Shown here in pieces: positions 61,042 through 64,000 of a stretch of DNA of 64,000 nt. Source of the DNA: Vicinamibacteria bacterium. GTDB lineage: Bacteria; Acidobacteriota; Vicinamibacteria; Marinacidobacterales; Marinacidobacteraceae. The stretch's first letter is position 1. Each line of letters begins with the position of its first letter. The position numbers were made by a program, and so were the translations under genes. The notes below the pieces were generated by a model. It ran no database searches. It worked only from the letters and a program-made list of their open reading frames with translations, and was not told the DNA's origin. Where the stretch lies: assembly GCA_963668695.2 (NCBI GenBank), contig CAXXLQ010000004.1, positions 3,168,001-3,232,000 of the forward strand, in the 5' to 3' direction.

Positions 61042-61749
61042 TAGCAGCCTGTGGTGAAACTCACGTGAGCGCCGAGACGGGCGAGGCCCAGTTCTCCCGG
61101 TGGGGCCAGTTCTCCCGGTGGGGGCCCGGCTGACAAGGCGCGCGAGGGAGGAGCCCCCACCGGGAGAACTGGCCCGAGTGTATTTCGACCGAAACGCAAC
61201 GCAGAGCCCCGCGAAGCGGGGCGGTGAACAGCCGGTGGTGGAACCCACGTGAGCGCCGAGGCTGGCCAGTCTCCCGGCGAGGCCCAGTTCTCCCGGTGGG
61301 GGTCCGACTGACAAGGCGCGTGAGGGAGGAGCCCCCACCGGGAGAACTGGCCCGAGTGTATTTCGACCGAAACGCAACGATGAGCGGCGCGAAAGCGACG
61401 CGGTGAACAGCCGGTGGTGGAACCCGCGTGAGCGCCGAGGCCGGCGAGGCCCAGTTCTCCCGGTGGGGGTCCGGCTGACAAGGCGCGTGAGGGAGGAGCC
61501 CCCACCGGGAGAACTGGCCCGGGTGTATTTCGACCGAAACGCAACGATGAGCGGCGCGCAGCGACGCGGTTCAGCCGGGATGGATCGCCGGCCGAACGCC
61601 GCGCGGGTTTCATCACCGGCTGTTTGGCCGGGATGGATCGCTGGCCGAACGCCGCGTGGGTTTCATCACCGGCTGTTTGGCCGGGATGCATCGCCCGTCG
61701 AGCCCCCACCGGGAGAACTGGGCCGCGTGGGTTTTGCCACAGGCTGCTA
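61042..61749 (+). mobile_element. MITE-like element cluster M10 (three cores)
   Basis: TAGCAGCCTGTGG ... CCACAGGCTGCTA; right end is the galM stop. Confidence 0.85.
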
Positions 61750-63270
61750 GGGCTCCGCCCCCGGGGGATCCACCGAGAAGCGCCAGACCGTGCGGGATCG
61801 ATACTCCTCGCCCGGACGAAGGACGGTGTCGGGGAAACGGGGCTGGTTCGGCGAGTCCGGATAGTGCTGGGTTTCGAGACAGAAACCGGAGCGGTGGCCG
61901 TAGGCGCGCCCGCCCTTGCCGACGACGCTCCCGTCGAGGAAGTTCCCCGAATAGAACTGGATGCCCGGTTCGCTGGTGAAGATGTCGAGCACCCGGCCGC
62001 TCGCCGGATCGCGGACCCGCGCGGCGCGCGCCAAGCCCACGGTTTCGGCGCCGGTGTCGCTGCCGCCGCCGGGCGGCGGGGCGGACTCCCCGCCCAGGAC
62101 GAAGTTGTGGTCGTAGCCGCCGCCCCGGAGCAACTGCGGGTGGGTTTCGCCAATGCGCTCCCCGATCCGCCGCGGGGCGGTGAAGTCGAACGGCGTGCCC
62201 GCCACCGGGACGATCTCGCCCGTCGGAATCAGGGTTTCGTCCACCGGGGTCATGAAATCGGCGTGAAGCAGCAGCTCGTGTTCGAGGACATCGGCGCTCT
62301 CGCCCGCCGACAGGTCGAAGTAGGTATGTTGCGACAGGTTCACCGGGGTGGGCGCGTCGGCGACCGCCCGATAGTCGATCAGTAGTTCATCGTCGTCGGT
62401 GAGCGTATAGGTCACCCGCGCCGACAGGCGCCCCGGGTATCCCTCTTCCCCCGCCGCGCTCTCGTATCCGAGGCAAGCGCTGGCGCGATCCTCGCCAACC
62501 CCGGTTTCGAGTGTCCAGAGCACCTTGTCGAAGCCGCGGATCCCTCCGTGCAGGTGGTTCTCGCCGTTGTTCCGCGCCAGTTCGTAGCGCACGCCATCGA
62601 GCTCGAAGCGGCCGCCGGCGATGCGGTTGGCGTAGCGGCCGACGACCGCGCCGAAGTAGGGGCTGTCCCCCAGATAGCCGTCGAGATCGGCGAAGCCGAG
62701 GGTGATGTCGCCGGGGGACCCGGAGCGGTCAGGCACCCGCAAGGCGCGGATGATCGCCCCGTAGGCGATGATCTCGACTTCGAGTCCCTTCCGGTTCCGG
62801 AGCGTGGCGCCAGCGACTTCGGTCCCGCCGGGAAGGACACCGAAGACGGACTTCGTGACGCGCGCCGGGCTCTCCCCGGCGGGCTGCCCAGTTGCGGCCT
62901 GCCCAGTCGCGGCTTGCCCGGTTGCGGCCTGCCCTGTCGCGGCTTGCCCAGTTGGGGCCTGCCCAGTTGCGGCTTGCCCGGTCGCGGCTTGCCTCGGCGG
63001 CGCGCCGCACCCGGCGCAGAGGGGAAGCGCCATTGCTCCCGCGCCGGCCAGGAGGGTTAACAGCCTGTGGTGAAACCCACGTGAGCGCCGAGACGGGTGA
63101 GGCGCCCGGCTGACAAGGCGCGCGAGGGAGGAATACCGGGTGTATTTCGACCGAAGCGCAACGCAGAGCCCCGCGAAGCGGGGCGGTTCAGCCGGGATGC
63201 ATCGCCCGTCGAACGCCGCGTTGGTTTTGCCACAGGCTGTTGAGACGGCGGTCGGATGCCGGCGCCGCAC
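61747..63270 (-). CDS. galM: Aldose 1-epimerase lipoprotein with an in-frame repeat insertion in its signal peptide
   Basis: YFGAVVGRYANRI, NHLHGG, EEGYPG, NLSQHTYF, GYDHNF, CLETQHYPDSPN; GTG start at 63270 inferred. Confidence 0.85.
   Translation of the reverse strand: MRRRHPTAVSTACGKTNAAFDGRCIPAEPPRFAGLCVALRSKYTRYSSLARLVSRAPHPSRRSRGFHHRLLTLLAGAGAMALPLCAGCGAPPRQAATGQAATGQAPTGQAATGQAATGQAATGQAATGQPAGESPARVTKSVFGVLPGGTEVAGATLRNRKGLEVEIIAYGAIIRALRVPDRSGSPGDITLGFADLDGYLGDSPYFGAVVGRYANRIAGGRFELDGVRYELARNNGENHLHGGIRGFDKVLWTLETGVGEDRASACLGYESAAGEEGYPGRLSARVTYTLTDDDELLIDYRAVADAPTPVNLSQHTYFDLSAGESADVLEHELLLHADFMTPVDETLIPTGEIVPVAGTPFDFTAPRRIGERIGETHPQLLRGGGYDHNFVLGGESAPPPGGGSDTGAETVGLARAARVRDPASGRVLDIFTSEPGIQFYSGNFLDGSVVGKGGRAYGHRSGFCLETQHYPDSPNQPRFPDTVLRPGEEYRSRTVWRFSVDPPGAEP
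62886..62992 (-). repeat. 15-bp coding tandem repeat (QAATG x7)
   Basis: Translation QAATGQAATGQAPTGQAATGQAATGQAATGQAATGQP. Confidence 0.9.
63058..63242 (+). mobile_element. MITE-like element M11 (minimal form), inside the galM 5' region
   Basis: TAACAGCCTGTGGTGAAACC ... GGTTTTGCCACAGGCTGTTG. Confidence 0.85.
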
Positions 63271-63446
63271 GCCGGAGCACCGTCCCGGGCGACGAAGGGG
63301 TCGGCGCAGATTCCTTCGGGAGAGCCCGATCCGGACCGCGGAGCCGCGGACACCGGAGGTCGGTCGAATCGTCATCGGGGCGCCGCGGATAGGGGCCGAT
63401 GGTACCCCGGTCAAATTCCCCCCGGCATACCGGGGCAGCGGCCCCG

Positions 63447-63581
63447 GGTGCGCGTTGCGGTCGAACTCGGAAGGGGCTCGGTGAACCGCATCGAGGTGCT
63501 CGCGGTCTCGCCGAGGCCGACGAGGTCATCCTCTCGGACACCTCGGCCTGGGACACCTGGGACGCAATCCGTCTGCGGTAG
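63447..63581 (+). repeat. Direct repeat 2, second copy (orphan 3' end of the adaptor gene)
   Basis: VELGRGSVNRIEVL / GLAEADEVILSDTSAWDTWDAIRLR*, frameshifted. Confidence 0.9.
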
Positions 63582-63653
63582 GGAATCCCCCGGAGGCCGG
63601 CGCGCCGGGACGGGCGCCGCCTTAGTGAACCGGAGTGAGCGCGAAGTTGCCAC

Positions 63654-64000
63654 TCACGCCGAGGCGAGTTCCTCCGGATCGCCGGGAGTCAGGTGAAGTC
63701 TTCGGGCACCGAGGCCGCGGAAGAGTTGCTCCCGGCAGGTGAGCACGAGGATCTGGACCGTCTGAGCGGCAGAGGTCAGGACATCAAAGAACCGGTCGAG
63801 CCGCTGGTCATCGGAAAACGCCAGCGAATCGTCGAGGATCACCGAAGCAGGCCGGCCCTGTTCGGCGAGAAGTTGCGCAAACGCTAGCCGGACAAGCACC
63901 GTGACCTGTTCGCGGGTGCCCATGCTGAGCTGGTGGTACGGCTCGGCGTGTTCCGGGTCGCGGCGCAACTTCGCGATCGAGAGGTCTTCGTCCACCACAA
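63654..64000 (-). CDS. C-terminal part of an SMC/YhaN-like AAA ATPase (runs off the window)
   Basis: Signature LSMGTREQ, Walker B ILDDSL..SDDQRL, QILVLTC. Confidence 0.8.
   Translation of the reverse strand, partial: VVDEDLSIAKLRRDPEHAEPYHQLSMGTREQVTVLVRLAFAQLLAEQGRPASVILDDSLAFSDDQRLDRFFDVLTSAAQTVQILVLTCREQLFRGLGARRLHLTPGDPEELASA

Overview
High-GC bacterial chromosomal window. Gene content and order are most consistent with Acidobacteriota, which is an inference. The core genes are recX-alaS, an agmatine-catabolism cluster (aguA, NhaC-family transporter, aguB, yhhQ), gatC-gatA, thiL, tRNA-Val-thrS-infC-rpmI-rplT-zapA, an orphan PilB/GspE ATPase, a Na/Pi cotransporter, degP, two sigma54-driven outer-membrane beta-barrel paralogs, mreBCD-mrdA-rodA-rng-rsbW-suhB, ppiD, moeA-moaC-larE, tatA, nnr-tsaE and a TatT-type TRAP transporter. 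The unusual content is non-coding and structural. (1) Eleven clusters (about 4.9 kb) of a modular TA-flanked MITE-like element; 10 of 11 share one orientation, many sit on stop codons, and two are inserted exactly in frame into lipoprotein signal peptides. (2) An 18-bp non-palindromic module that occurs in two different repeat families. (3) Two diverged copies of a covarying structured leader, each followed by a tandem array of 106-116-bp stem units. (4) Two cargo segments of about 5.6-5.8 kb, each bracketed by a diverged duplicate of the 3' end of the upstream gene. All calls were made by eye from the sequence and ORF track; no searches or folding programs were run.
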